Shown here: piece by piece, positions 12,801-25,338 of the stretch
Layout of the letters: the number at the start of each line of letters is the position of its first letter
How positions within the stretch are numbered: the first letter of the stretch is position 1
Assembly (NCBI GenBank): GCA_051294375.1
Contig: CM119267.1
Coordinates: 25,993,293 to 26,057,292 of the forward strand
DNA length: 64,000 bases
DNA from: Paraspadella gotoi
Taxonomy: Eukaryota > Animalia > Chaetognatha
Direction of reading: 5' to 3'
The notes under the pieces: model-generated
What the model saw: the letters and a program-made list of their open reading frames with translations, nothing else
Told to the model about the DNA's origin: nothing
Database searches by the model: none
Program-made: the position numbers and the translations under genes

Positions 12801-15800
12801 TTTTTTATATTTTCACATAGAAAATGTAAGAATTTTTAAAAGCTGTAATTGTATTTCTTGTTTAACTTTTTTTGCTCTATCAGAATCCATCAAAAAATTT
12901 TAAGATTTCAAAAAAAAAATTTATAATGGAAAAAAAGACAAGTAATTTTTAATGTATTAATCAAGACATATAATGTAAATTTTTTTTGAAAATGATTGCT
13001 TAAATATTTAGTCAAGACAACTAAAAATACTTTGCTAATAGTCGAAATTTTATATTATCTCTGGAGTTGGTCCCTAGCAATAGCCAGACTTCCAGACAAC
13101 CTCCTATAAAATCCTAAAAAATGGAAAAGTTATCCCATGTACAGACTTAAAACATTCTAGGTTTCCGGTACTGTATAAATAAAAAATGTATATATAATAA
13201 ACATAAATATGAAAAAAACATTTTTTTGGACAACGCATTTTTTTTTACATGGAACTCCTGTATTTTTTGTCATACATAAATGAGACACAGCTTAAATGAA
13301 TCACAAAAGGCTAAAGTTTCTTGATATTTGAATTTTATTTTTAGATTCTTACATTAAAATGCCCAAAAATAACTGGAAAGTAACCGCGACACTTTTTTTT
13401 TCCATCATGGTATTACCTGATAACTTTTAAATAAATCGAAAGTTAAATTTTTTTAGTGTAGGCTATCATTACTTAAATCTTTGTGTAAAAAGTATGTTAA
13501 ACCGATTTGAGTCTTTCGTCAGGGCCAGTTGTTAAAAAATAGTTTTGATAATTCTTTCTCCCGAGTTGGACGACCAGAAAATATTTTAAGCATACAAATT
13601 ACCCAATTACACGTATATAAGGCCGAATGTTCCCCAATAAATTATATTAATGATGTGAATTTAATTGGCGTCGTTAAGTAGTGGACATTAGGTTGAAGTG
13701 AAAGTTTGGAATCAAAATTTAGCAGTTATATCTTGAAAACTATCATATTAGTAAATACTAATCTGTAATTATTTTTCTTTTTTTATAAATATAGTAGCCC
13801 AGTCAGCTTATTTTGTATATAGTACTACCCTTATATAATGTCAAAATTTTCAAAATGTTTTTTTTTTTAATTCTGAGAACAGATTCAGATTCATCGTTAA
13901 AAGTTAATAAAAGAAAGTATAAATCTTTTTCAAAAATTATGTCATTAAGTATGTTAAAATTACAAAAAACTATATTTTTAAGCTGGAAATTTAAAATCGG
14001 CGTCTTAGATATAGTTTTTGACATTTTTGACTAACTTAATGAAAGAATTTTTAAAAAAGAATTGTACTTTCTTTTAATAACTTTTTTCAAGGAATCCAAA
14101 TCCGATCTTTAAATTTAAAAATTTGTATTTTGAAATTTTAGCCTATTATATACTTATTACTATATATAAATATAGCTCACTGGTGCCCACTAATGTATAA
14201 AATAAAAAAATAAATTTACCAAAATATTTTTATTGCTTTTTATATTCATGTTTTATATGCTAAATTTTATTTTTCTAAAATTTTATCATTTTCCCATCAC
14301 TCTAGTGGACATGGGGCTTAAGGCGGGCCAAAATTGAACACTTTTTGTATCTTCTAGTTCTCTAAAAAAAAAAATTTTGCTGTAGTTTTTCACATAAGTG
14401 GCATCGTCGCCGTCGTTGTCATCATTGTCGTCGGCGTTCCAAATTATAGATCGCCTTTTTGATGATTAAATTTGGGTGTATGAAGCTGAATATTTATATA
14501 CAGCTCTCATCATCGATGTCCTTAAAATTGAGTGAGGACAGTTATTAAATATGTTTTGTTTGTTTTATCATAACAAACAAATATCCTCTATTTTATTTTT
14601 ATGTCTCCTCTCTCTCTTTTCTCTTTTAATTATATGTAGCTATCTCTCTCTCTTTTCCCCAGTGCTGATTTATCGGAAAAACAAGTTTGAGCAAACAACG
14701 TCGGATGTGCCTACGAAAATTAATTAATTAATTAATCTATTAATTAATGAATTAATTTTAATATTTAATAATTAATTATAAATTTATATACAGCTTATCA
14801 TCATTAATGTTTTTAAAATAAAGTAAATGTGACTTATATTTTTTTCATTTAAACTCATTTCCACTGGCACAATTCCGTCAAAACTTTATATCTAGCTTTT
14901 TCACAAAATTTCCTTCCCGCTCATAAAATTTCATCTCAATCTATTATGGGTTAAAATAAGTAAAAAGAGTCAAGTAAATGTGACTCATATTTTTTTTATT
15001 TAAACTCATTTCCACTTGTACCGAAACTTTATATCAAGCTTCGTCACACATTTTCCTACCCACACACAAAATTTGAACTCAATCTATCCATCCAATTATG
15101 ATTAATTAGAGTATTTATTGGTTAAAATAAGTAAAAAGATTTTAGTAAATGCGACTTATGTTTTTTCCATTTAAACTCATTTCCACTCGGACGATTCCAT
15201 CGAAACTTCATATCCAGCTCAATCACACACTTACCTATCCTCACACAAAATTTCATTCAAATCCATCCATCCAATCACGAGTAATTGGTGTTTTTTGCTA
15301 AGGTGGGACGGACGGACGGACATAATTTTTTTTGCATAATTTATTATAATTCGATGTTCTGACATGATAAAAGTGTGTGCCCGACAATATTGAGGGGGCG
15401 GATCGACGGACCGACAAAGTGAATTATAGAGTCGGGATCTGCTGATAAGCAGACCCGACTAAAAACGAGTCTGCAGCTGGCTCTGCAGGGGCTCTTTCTT
15501 TTTCTCTCTTTTCTCCTGCTGCTTCTGCTGCCTTTCGATTTCTTTTTTTTTTTTCTGGCTGCCTCTGCTACTGCCGCTGCTGATTCGTCCGAAAACGATC
15601 TCTCTCTCTCTCTCTCTCTCTGCGTTTTTATTTAAAAAAAAAGAATTAGGATTGAACTTGTAAAATTAGGCATCGCATTCGTGCATGTTTTCATTTTGCT
15701 ATTTATTTTTTCAGAAACTGTAACTTTAATTTTTCTCAGTACTTTATTTTTTTTAATTCACAATCGCAAAATATAATTTTTCTTTCTCTTTATAAATAAT

Positions 15801-17558
15801 TTTCTTTTCTCAAATTTTTTTTCTTAGGGGCTGCGTCTGCTGATCAGTTTGTTTTACAATGACAATTGACAAAGACAAAAAAAATTTTTTCATTGTTAAT
15901 GAAAAAGGTATTTTTTTTCTTTTTTTCAGAAACTAACTTTAATTTTCCTCGGTACTTCATTATTTTTTTTAATTGACAATCGCAAAATAAAATTTTTCTT
16001 TCTGTTTATAAATTTTTTTTTTCTCAAATTTTTTTTTGTATCAAAATTTGTCGTCAATCCAGAGTTTTCTTATGCGATTGCGACGATCCTTATGCTTTTA
16101 AGATTTTTTCCTTCTATTATTAAATCGATTTTCAATTCAACTTTTTGAATTAGTTCATTGGGTTGTTGCACTGAAGCTTTTAAATATTTATCATTATGAA
16201 ATTGGTACAACCAATATAAAAATTATCCATTCATTTAAATAAATAAGCTATCTTGTCCCTGACTTTGGACAGGCTTTGGTGGTTTAAGGCCTCCATTACA
16301 CTTACAAGATAATAACATAGCAGGTTTCTGCAAGCTTTCAATCAAGACTCTCTCACAGTCTTATTTATTCACTCCCTGTGAACCTGGCTTCCCTATCAAT
16401 GAAGTGGTATAATATTTCAAAGAATGTTTCAATTGTATGAAAAGACCACTCCCTTAAGTATTAGATCGGGGAATACTTATTGTACTCCGCACTAGCATCA
16501 AAATAAAAGGAGCTGAATTTTATGAAATTGGTACAACCAATATAAAAATTATCCATTCATTTAATAAATAAGCTATCTTGTCCCTGACTTTGGACAGGCT
16601 TTGGTGGTTTAAGGCCTCCATCACACCTTACATGATAATATATAACAAATATATAACAAATAGCAATTTTTTTTTTAAATTTTATTTTTTAAGAACGGAT
16701 TCTTATAGAGCTTGAAAAGTTTAATGAAAGTTAGTAATACAATTTTTTAAAATTTTGACAATAAATTGGTTAAAAATAAGAAAAACCTTAAAAAATCATC
16801 ATCATTGGCTGAATTTTAGTTTTTTACAATTTTCATCAATAAAACAAAAAAAAATTTAATCTTTATATAGTAATAAAATAATCTTTAAATGCTTCCGTGC
16901 GCTTATCAATTAAAAGAATTTTAAAAATTATTTTCATTTTCATATTCTCTAACACTCAACCATTATTTATTTGAGAGAATTTCTACTTTTCAACCTGTTC
17001 CGGTTAAATGGGGCATGTCACCTTCCCTTTTCTCCTTCAGCCGCACCCCCGACAACCGCTGGGCTCCGTCCTGATCCTCCACGGACTCAATCTCGATCAG
17101 ATGAACTGTGACCGGCTCTTCAACCTCCTCTGTCTTTACGGCAACGTGGACAGCATCAAGTTTCTCAAGTCGAAAGAGGGCGCGGCGCTCGTGCAGATGG
17201 GAGACCGCGTTGCCTGCGAACGCGTCATCAACAACCTTCACGGCGCCGTCGTCTTCGAATCAAGAATTCAGGTTCTTTACTATTTAATTTTTTTCTCTGA
17301 TAAATGGGATGTTGTTTTAATTCTGACCCGTCATGCGTCTACGATTCTGGGTTCAATTTGTTAATAAATTTTAGCTTTTGTTTATTTCGTTTGGTTAAAT
17401 TCATAGGTTTGCTTCTCCAAACAATTATTTCTCGAGGAGCAAAATAACCCGGGGACTCTGAAGGACGGAAGTCTCGCCTTCAAGGACTTTCGTAAATCGA
17501 GGAACAACCGTTTCATGACCCCCGTCTCAGCCGCCAGGAACAGGCGAGACATTTTCTT

Positions 17559-17589
<31 letters not shown>

Positions 17590-19360
17590 CTTCTTTTTAC
17601 GATATTGTAACACTTTTGCGCATAAGTGGCGTCGGCGTCGTCGTTGTCGTCGTCGGCGTTCCAAATTATAGATTGCCTTTTTTATGATTAAATTTGGGTT
17701 TATGAAGCTGAATATTTATATACAGCTCTCATCATCGATGTGCTTAAAATTGAGTCTGGACAGTTATTAAATATGTTTTGTTTACGTTTTATCAAAATAA
17801 ACAAATTTTCTCTCTTTTATTTTCATATTTCTCTCTCTCTCTCTTTTTTCTTCTAATTACATGTCTCTCTCCCTCTCTCTTTTCCCTATTCACTAATTCA
17901 TAATCATAGACATAGGGAAAAAAAACGAGTCTGCAGCTGGCTCTGCAGGGGCTCTCTCTTTTTCTTTCTTTTCTCCTGCTGCTTCTGCTGCTGCCATTTG
18001 ATTTCTTTCTTTTCTCTCTCTCTCTCTGTGTTTTTATGAAAAAAAAAATTGAATTGGGATTGAACTCGTAAAATTAGGCATCGCATTCGTGCATGTTATC
18101 ATTTTGCTGTAGTAACATCGGGTTTCTATTTCACTTTAATCTTTACTTCACTTCGTCAGTCTTGATTCAGTTTCACTTTGTCTTTTGTCTGGGAATGATG
18201 ACAGTGTTTAGAGAGGTCGCATTCGATCAAACTGCTCCTTATGCGTGCTTAAAGTAAAACAAAGTACCTTCAATAATGTTACTCCAGTCTTAGCACTTGC
18301 TAAAATAACTCGAAAATAAGTTATTTTTACTGTTTTATATTTATTCTTTTGACAATTAAAAAGGTGTTTTTTTTTTTGTTTTTTTTTCAGAAACTGTAAC
18401 TGTAAACTGACAATAGCAAAAATAGAATTTTTCTTTCTGTTTATAAATTAATTTTCTTTCTTTCCTTTCTATTCTTTCTTTCTTCTATTCTTTCTTTCCT
18501 TTCTATCTTTTTTTCTCTATTCTTTCTTCCTTCTATTCTTTTTTCTCTATTCTTTCTTTCCTTTCTTTCCTTTCTATTCTTTATTTATTCTTTTCTTCTT
18601 TTCTTTTCTGTTTATAAATTTTTTTTTTTCAAATTTGATTTTTTTTTAGTATCAAAATTTGTCGTCCATCCAGATTTTTCTTATGCAATTGCGACGATCC
18701 TTATGCTTTAAGATTTTTTTTATTTTACTTTTCTTTCTTTCATTTCTGCTTACTTATTCGGTCTTCTCTCGCCAGACTTCAAGGCCCTTGCGATTTGCTC
18801 CACTTTTACAACGCGCCTCCATCTCTCACTGAAGAGAACATCTCGCAAATCGTCGAAAACGAGTCTGGCGTCAAACCCGACAACGTTAAGGTAGCTTCTG
18901 CTCGGGATATTGGTGATGAGATCTCGTTTAAAGGAAAAATCAAATCATCCAAGGATTCTCTTTAGTTTTTTTCTAATTGCTAATTTTTTTGCTATAAGAA
19001 TGTTTGAATATCTATTATTTACTATTATTTAAAACAACGTAAAGAACTCGTAATAATGGTTCTAAAAACATCGCGTCGAATACCGAGTTTCTTCGTTGGT
19101 TTTATTTGAAATATCAGTTGTCTAATATCTATTTAACATTGTTTAATCGTATTAATGGTCAGATTTTCCCCGCGAAACCCGAGGCCAAGAGCACCTCCGG
19201 CCTGCTTCGCTTCGAGTCCCGCAAGGCTGCGGCCGATGTCCTCTGCCTGATGAACCACGCTGTCGTCGCATCGCCTGACGTCGTCTCGAAAACAGAAGAC
19301 GAGGACGGAAAACCCAACGGTCACATCTTCAAACTCTGCTTCAGCAATTCCAGAGATTAA
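851..19360 (+). CDS. HNRNPL: Heterogeneous nuclear ribonucleoprotein L (4 RRMs); exons 851-940, 1024-1210, 1344-1497, 1631-1700, 1783-1965, 2312-2375, 5781-6073, 17041-17271, 17407-17543, 18776-18890, 19163-19360
   Basis: Phase-consistent splicing joins hnRNP L signatures: SPVVHVRSL, NVLLFTI..PMYPITVDV, LNGADIYSGCCTLKVEYAK, LNVIRND.ETWDFT, MNCDRLFNLLCLYGNV, KDF..SRNNRF, LLHFYNAP, FKLCFS. Two introns need GC donors (1498, 17544). Confidence 0.95.
2033..2289 (+). mobile_element. tRNA-containing mini/solo LTR (Helenus/TRIM-Pol III-like)
   Basis: Termini TGTGGCAGC...GTTGCCATA; 4-bp TSD TTAT (2029-32, 2290-93); internal A box TGGCTGAGCAGG and B box GGTTCAATCCC; GC-rich island in an AT-rich intron. 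Confidence 0.75.
2726..3570 (-). mobile_element. 5'-truncated Penelope-like element: GIY-YIG endonuclease remnant between inverted terminal arms
   Basis: Minus-strand 3356-2950 reads, with frameshifts, KGIYVFKCSCSPSAIYI...EH...SGITQHCKKC..FDW..TIL...LKVEESLWIR....LNEDYG. Flanked by ~220-bp inverted repeats (2726-2946 and 3357-3570). Confidence 0.8.
3588..4541. mobile_element. Tc1/mariner-type foldback MITE
   Basis: TA|CATGGTGACAATTTT...AAAATTGTCACCATG|TA; arms near-identical for ~200 bp and recognisable further in. Confidence 0.85.
7585..8848. mobile_element. Palindromic foldback element (~1.26 kb)
   Basis: GGCATCATTGAAGAGAGGGCAACC...GGTTGCCCTCTATTCAATGCTGCC; arms complementary over ~500 bp. 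A fragment recurs at ~43700-43880. Confidence 0.75.
8909..12146. mobile_element. Non-autonomous hAT-type transposon with (CCAGCT)n subterminal arrays
   Basis: TIR CAGGG(T/A)TGTGGAGCTG; 8-bp TSD ATTTAAAA (8901-08, 12147-54); hexamer arrays 8936-9092 and 11990-12137. Confidence 0.85.
10190..11540 (+). mobile_element. Helentron/DINE-1-like family A (5'-truncated copy)
   Basis: GTCY microsatellite, 18-bp tandem GACCAAATTATGCCAGTT (11100-11375), 3' subTIR GCAGATCCGAC plus hairpin GTTTGCTCAAAC plus T-tract. Confidence 0.7.
14393..16108 (+). mobile_element. Helentron/DINE-1-like family B containing an inverted family A copy (14676-15463)
   Basis: B 3' end GCGATTGCGACGATCCTTATGCTTTTAAGATTTT; both A termini present in reverse complement. 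The insertion splits a ~140-bp repeat that is contiguous at 36781-36920 and 51541-51680. Confidence 0.7.
16196..16640 (-). repeat. Dispersed repeat, probable 3' end of a LINE/SINE (two tandem copies; also 21648-21828 and 24108-24262)
   Basis: Four copies share one end (ATGAAATTGGTACAACCAAT...) and stop variably at the other; one copy has a (CATA)n-like tail on the minus strand. Confidence 0.55.
17605..18720 (+). mobile_element. Helentron/DINE-1-like family B copy filling most of hnRNP L intron 9
   Basis: High similarity to 24550-25230 and 33849 onward; 3' subTIR plus hairpin at 18686-18712. Confidence 0.7.
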
Positions 19361-19999
19361 CTGCAAAATCAGAATCGGTATTTGTAGTCATAGATAAATT
19401 AGTTAATTTCGTTATAATTTTTATTTGGCAATTAAAGACGGAGTGTCACTTCTTTAAGTATTTGACTTTACTTTTTTGGTTTTCTTTCTTTTCATTCACG
19501 TTTGCACTATTGACTAATGAGAAAATGGCACGTCATAGTCAGCGACTATTGGATAACATTCTACCCCAGTTTTACTACGCCTAGCCTATTAAACATATTT
19601 TTGTTTTTTATTTTAAAAAAAAAATTATTTTTTGTTTCGACAACTAAAACAACATGTATTGTATACATCGATTTCGGCTTTCTTGTGATGTCTGTATATT
19701 TATCCTGATTTAAGATTATGATCATTTTATTGTGATTAGGGATTTGCGACGATGAGGCGTCGGAGAGGCTTTTTTAAGTGTCGACTATGTCGTCGTCATT
19801 GTTGATGTTCCTTTCCCTTTTTACCAATTGTTTTATACGTAAAATTAACTACATTTTTTGTCGTTTTAATAACAAATAAACAATTTTTTGTCTATCCACC
19901 TTTTTACGAAGCGATTGCCACGATTATACTTTTTTCTTAGGAAAAATGTCAATCAATTTTCAGGATTTATTTAACCTTTAAACAAATTCGTTCTATATA

Positions 20000-20734
20000 C
20001 AGAAGGCTTCATATTATAAAATGTGGTACCCCTTTTTTGTGACCAGAACACGTTCCGAGAAAACTATTTAATAAATTTTAATGAAATTTGGTATGAACGA
20101 TCCCTATGTGAATACAAATAGAAATATCGAGGCGAATTTCAATATTTGACCCCTGAGCCGAAGATATGAGGCCCGGAAGGGGTCACTCATGGGGGAAAAA
20201 AATAGTCAAAATTTATTTTTAATTTTTAATTTTTTTTTGTTTTGAACAGTTGCCCAGACGTTTACTCTTCCACAAAAATGTATTTATTTCGACAAAAATA
20301 TTAGTTTCAGCTTCATGAGCATCAGCTGTTCAAGTCAGATTTGGAATAATTCTGGAAAATTTGGAGAAAAACGATGAACCATGCATCTTCAAACACCGAT
20401 TAATTAGCCAAAAATTTATTAATTTTAGTTTTAAAAAATATTTTTATATGTTTAAAACATCGATGAATCTACTAAATGAATCTACTAAATGAATCTACTA
20501 AAAAATTATAAAAATTGAAAAAAATTTAGCCTTTTTTGGCCCTCCAGGGGTCCAGCCCCAGGGCCCTGTATCTCTTGTCAGGGGTTGAATAATAAAATTC
20601 GCCTCGATAGTTCCATTTATATTGTCATTAGAACTCTAAATGTAATATTTCATGAAATTCGATCCGGTAGTTTAGTGGGAACAGATTCTGGTCACAAAAA
20701 AGGGGTACCACATTTTATAATATGAAGCCTTCTG
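20000..20734. mobile_element. Tc1/mariner-type MITE (second copy at 60499-61238)
   Basis: TA|CAGAAGGCTTCATATTATAAAATGTGGTACCCC TIR of ~49 bp at both ends, TA flanks. Confidence 0.85.
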
Positions 20735-21849
20735 TAGTTTACACAAATTCGTTCTATATAGTTCCTCAGCAAAGTTGCTGCATTATTACCCTTGTTTTCT
20801 TCTTCCTAAATTTTCGCACGTTTATAGAGGCGTATAAATCTATGTTAATACTGTCATATTTCTAGTTAGTAGTTTTTTGTTTCCTCCTAGATTTAAAATT
20901 ATTTTCAAATACTTGATGCGATTCTTGTTCTACCATAAAGCGTGAAAAGTCAGTCTACGGAAAAAATTAGATTGGATATAAAACGTTTTGGTGAAGAAAT
21001 TATAAAAACATAGTATCGTGGGAATATTACCTTTGGAAATTGGGACTGGCGGGTCTGAGGGGACTACAAGAGACAAACAGGTTTCTATGATTAATCCTGG
21101 ACTCTTCCTGGTCTCACTCTCGACTCTTGCTGCCAAAAGAACCAGAAAGTCTGTCGATTTTTACTCAAAAGATTTAGTCTCACGTCGGCGAAACTGAAGT
21201 CTGAATCCTGATTCTCGAACCTCCAATGTCCATGAGAGACGATGTTGATGCTTCGTTTTCGATGGCGAGAGGCGCGAGAAACTCTCTCTAAAATTTTGTT
21301 TCGTATCTGAATTGAATATATCAGTAAAAAACTCTGTATATTAATGCGTAGCAAAAATATTAAAATCCAGTAGAATCAAAATTCAAAATAACTCTTTTTA
21401 GAAAATTATTTTATTAAGTGGGTCAAAATCCTAAAAAACTCTTATAGTTAACCTATAATTTAATTTTAGTATAAAAAATATAGTTTTTTTAATTTTTAGC
21501 TAACTTAATAAAGGAATTTTTGATTAAGACTTATATTTTCTTTTATCAACTTTTTCTGAGTTATTAGAATCTGTTTTTAAAACAAAACAAAAAAACGATT
21601 TTAAAATTTTGACATTTTCTATGGTAAGTAGTAAGTACTATATATAAATGAAATTGGTACAACCAATATAAAAATTATCCATTCATTTAATAAATAAGCT
21701 ATCTTGCCAGGCTTTGGAGGTTTCAGGCCTCCATCACAATGACATAGCAGGTCCCTGCAAGCTTTCAATCAAGACTCACAGTCTCGTTTATTCACTCCCA
21801 GACAACCTGGCTTCCCTATCAATGAAGTAAATAAATAAAAAATAAATAT

Positions 21850-23955
21850 TAGACACATTTGAATCCGACAATGTTTTAAATAAACAACCAGTCTGGGTGT
21901 CATTCTGTTCGTTTTTCCAAGCTCTTTTTAACTAAAAAGGTTTTATTTAAAAAAAAACTTTTTCGCCCGAGCCAGGGGTGTTAAAGAGCCAAAATATGGA
22001 ATTTCACCTTTTATGAGTATTTTTTAGCTTTTTTCAGTAAATTTTTTAATATAATTATCATTAATCCAGTTAATTACTAATGATAATGCTTTTAATTTAT
22101 CATATTTAACTATTTTTAAAACATTCATTCACAAAAAATATTAGTTTAGGGCTTAAACCAGGGGTATTAAAGAGCTAAAATTTCTAAATTATCTTTTTTA
22201 GTATTTTCAAATGATAATTTATTATTTTTTTAAGGATAACATATTTTAATCATGATAATAAAAATATTTGATAATTTTAAATGGTTTTTAAGTTAATTAA
22301 CATAGTGAATTAATTTTTTTATAATTAAAAGCATTAAAAACTATTGTGACCTATTTCTAAAAAGTTTTTTTTTAAAGATTCAACTTTAAAACAAAGCAAT
22401 TCATAAAATTTTTAAATCATATAATGAAATTGTTACAACAAAAATATAATTATTCAAATGATATCCACTATCCAGATTTTATGCGATATCGCATAGAAAA
22501 TAATAATTTTATTAATGAACTGAAACAAATGTTCTAGTTATAGCAATTTTATCAAAATTAGGTTAAGGGTTAGTGTTTAGTTTTAACATTTGAGGTAGTT
22601 GTAATTCAGGTTGAATAAGTAAAAGTTAGCATTACGATCAACTAGGTTGTTGTAGTTATACCCAGCTGGAAAGTTACAGATGGGAAAAGTTTTTAATTTA
22701 GACTTAAAGAAAAACTTTTTTTTTATTAAAAAATGTTTGTTAACATATTCATTGTTTGATCCTTTCTTTTTTGTTGTTTTTAGAGATTACAAAGAAAATT
22801 TAATGAATTTGTTAACAATGATAAAATTAAAATTGTTAACAAATTCATTAAATTTTTTTGTTAATATAAAAATTTTTTTTAAATCTAAAAATGCAATAAA
22901 AAAGTTCAACACTATGTTTATAATTAAAACTTATTAATAATTTGCTAATCAAGTAAATTAATTAACAATTAACAATATTATTATATAGTAAAATAATATC
23001 TAAATGATTTTATGAATTAATTTAGATATATGAAACGGATTATAGGAGGTAGTTATTTTTAATGAATATTTTATAAATCATAACTTTCTTTTTCTTGTGT
23101 TTTTAGATTTAATGAAAAAAACAAAACTTCTATGTTAAACAATTATTTAATGAAAAAAGTAAAAACCAATTAATTATTTTTTTAAAAATTATTGTATATT
23201 AAAAAAAATATTTTATTTAATAACAAAATACTTGTATATGGAGTTAAACCAAACTATTACTCTTATCCGTACAAAATTTATATGCAGATATCATTTTTAA
23301 ATTATTTTTTTAATAAAATTATATTTACATATTATAAAGTAAACATATTTTTTTTATAGTAATATCCGAATATTATTTAAATAATTTTATCTTGTAACAA
23401 TTACTTTTGTGATTAAAAATTAAAATTAATTGCTTTGGATCATAGAAGTTTTTGGGGTTTTCAGTTTTAAAAAATATTATTAAATTAATTGATTAACTTA
23501 AAGCTGTGGTAAGTCGCTTCAAAGCATTTAAAGATATTAAATATTTTCATTACCATGATTAAAATAAATTATCTTTAAAAAATAATAAATTATAATTTAT
23601 AAATATTAAAAAAAAATATTTAAATATTTTAGCTCTTCAACACCCTTGGCTTAAGCTAAAAACTAATATTTTTTTAATGAATGTTTTAAAAACAGTTAAA
23701 TAGGATAAATTAAAATCATTATCAGAAGTAATTAACTTGATTAAAGATTATTATATTAAAAAATTTAAATGGAAAAAGCTAAAAAATACTAAATAATGGT
23801 GAATTTCCATATTTTGACTCAAAACCCCTAGCTCGAGCGAAAAAGGTTTTTTTTTTAAATAAAACTTTTTTATTTGAAAAGAGCTTGGAAAAACGAACAG
23901 AATGACACCCAGACTCGTTATCTAATTAAAACTTTGTCGGATTCAAATGTGTCTA
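21850..23955. mobile_element. hAT-like long-TIR foldback element (TAGACAC termini)
   Basis: TAGACACATTTGAATCCGACA...TGTCGGATTCAAATGTGTCTA; 8-bp TSD ATAAATAT; arms complementary over ~600 bp. Confidence 0.8.
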
Positions 23956-24277
23956 ATAAATATGGGCGTATGCGAAAATTAAAAATATTTTTCTTATATA
24001 TCATTTTTCGTTAGTAATATTGTTCAATGTTCATGAACAACTATTCAAATTTTGATCTGCAACTTTCACTACGCCTTACTGTATATATAATTTAATTGTA
24101 CGTATGTATGAAATTGGTACAACCAATATAAAAATTATCCATTCATTTAATAAATAAGCTATATTGCCCCTGACTTTGGACAGGCTTTGGTGGTTTAGGG
24201 CCTCCATCACTCTTACAAGATAATGACATAGCAGGTCCCTGCAAGCTTTCAATCAAGACTCAAGATTATAGATACGT

Positions 24278-24498
24278 TGTGGCAGGAGATGATTACGACA
24301 CAAGGTTTTGATCGAGAATGATTTATTCTCCAACAGTAAAGAATAACATTAACAATTTGAGACGCTAAGTCTAAACAATGAGACAATACAGAACTAGTAA
24401 GGACAACGAGGACAACTTGGTCAAATCGTATGTTGAGAGAGAGAGAGAGAGAGAGAGTTTCGCTTGGTTACAGAAGGTCACGTGTGGTTGCTGCCACA
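24278..24498 (-). mobile_element. Solo LTR (Gypsy-like)
   Basis: TGTGGCAG...CTGCCACA termini, 4-bp TSD ACGT, AATAAA on the minus strand; related to 56284-56536. Confidence 0.8.
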
Positions 24499-24549
24499 AC
24501 GTACAATTAAAAAAAAATCATTCCTTTACTAAGCTGATATCCAGTTTTT

Positions 24550-25230
24550 ATCGTCGCAATCGCTTTGCGTTTGCGATGATCTCGTAACGCTTTTGCGCAT
24601 AGGTAGCGTAGTCGTCATTGTCGTCGTCGTTCCAACTTATCGATCGCCTTTTTGATGATTAAATGTGGGTATATGAAGCTGAAAATTTACAGCTTTTCAT
24701 CATCGAGGTCCTTGAAATTGGGTGAGGACAGTTATTAAATATGTTTTGTTTGTTTTATCAAAACGAACAAATTTCTTATATTTTCATTTTTGTCTCCTTC
24801 TCTCTCTCTTTTCTCTTTTAATTATATGTAGCTCTCTCTCTCTCTCTTTTTTCCCCAGTCGCTGATTCCTTGAGCTCTGCAAGGGTTTTCTTTCTTTTTC
24901 TCTCTTTTCTCCTGCTGATTCGTCCGCTGATTTGTCTGATTCGTCTGCTGATTCTCTCTCTCTCTCTGCGTTTTAATTAAAAAAAGAAAAATTGAATTAG
25001 GATTGAACTCGTAAAATTAGGCATCGCATTCGTGCATGTTATCATTTTGCTATCGCAACATCGGGTTTTTATTTTGTTCTTTCTTCTCGTCACTCTTTCT
25101 TTATCTTTATTTTTCTTTCTTTCCTTTCTATTCTTTCTTTCCTTTTTATTCTTTCTTTCCTTTCTATTCTTTCTTTCCATCATATCAATATTTTTCTCAT
25201 GCGATTGCGACGATCCTTATGCTATTAAGA
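24550..25230 (+). mobile_element. Helentron/DINE-1-like family B, copy with both termini
   Basis: 5' T-tract plus ATCGTCGCAATCGC...TTGCGATGAT palindrome; 3' GCGATTGCGACGAT plus CTTA..TAAG hairpin plus T-tract; no TSD. Confidence 0.75.
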
Positions 25231-25338
25231 TTTTTTAGAAAAATTTTTTTTGCTTTAAACATTTTTTATAAAAATTAGGAAGTTTTAGGTAGCACGTCAA
25301 TTTCGACGACATTTTTACAAGTAGAATAAATTATAACC

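Larger units (their letters stand above)
6802..13173. mobile_element. Long-TIR Tc1/mariner-type element nested in 6135-13410
   Basis: TA|CAGTACCGGAAACCTAGAATG...CATTCTAGGTTTCCGGTACTG|TA; inverted similarity continues inward (7246-7270 vs 12440-12464; 7387-7411 vs 12297-12321). Confidence 0.8.
6135..13410. mobile_element. Non-autonomous Tc1/mariner-type element, outermost layer of a nest
   Basis: 25-bp TIR CCATGATGGAAAAAAAAAGTGTCGC at both ends, TA flanks; spans an assembly gap. Confidence 0.7.
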
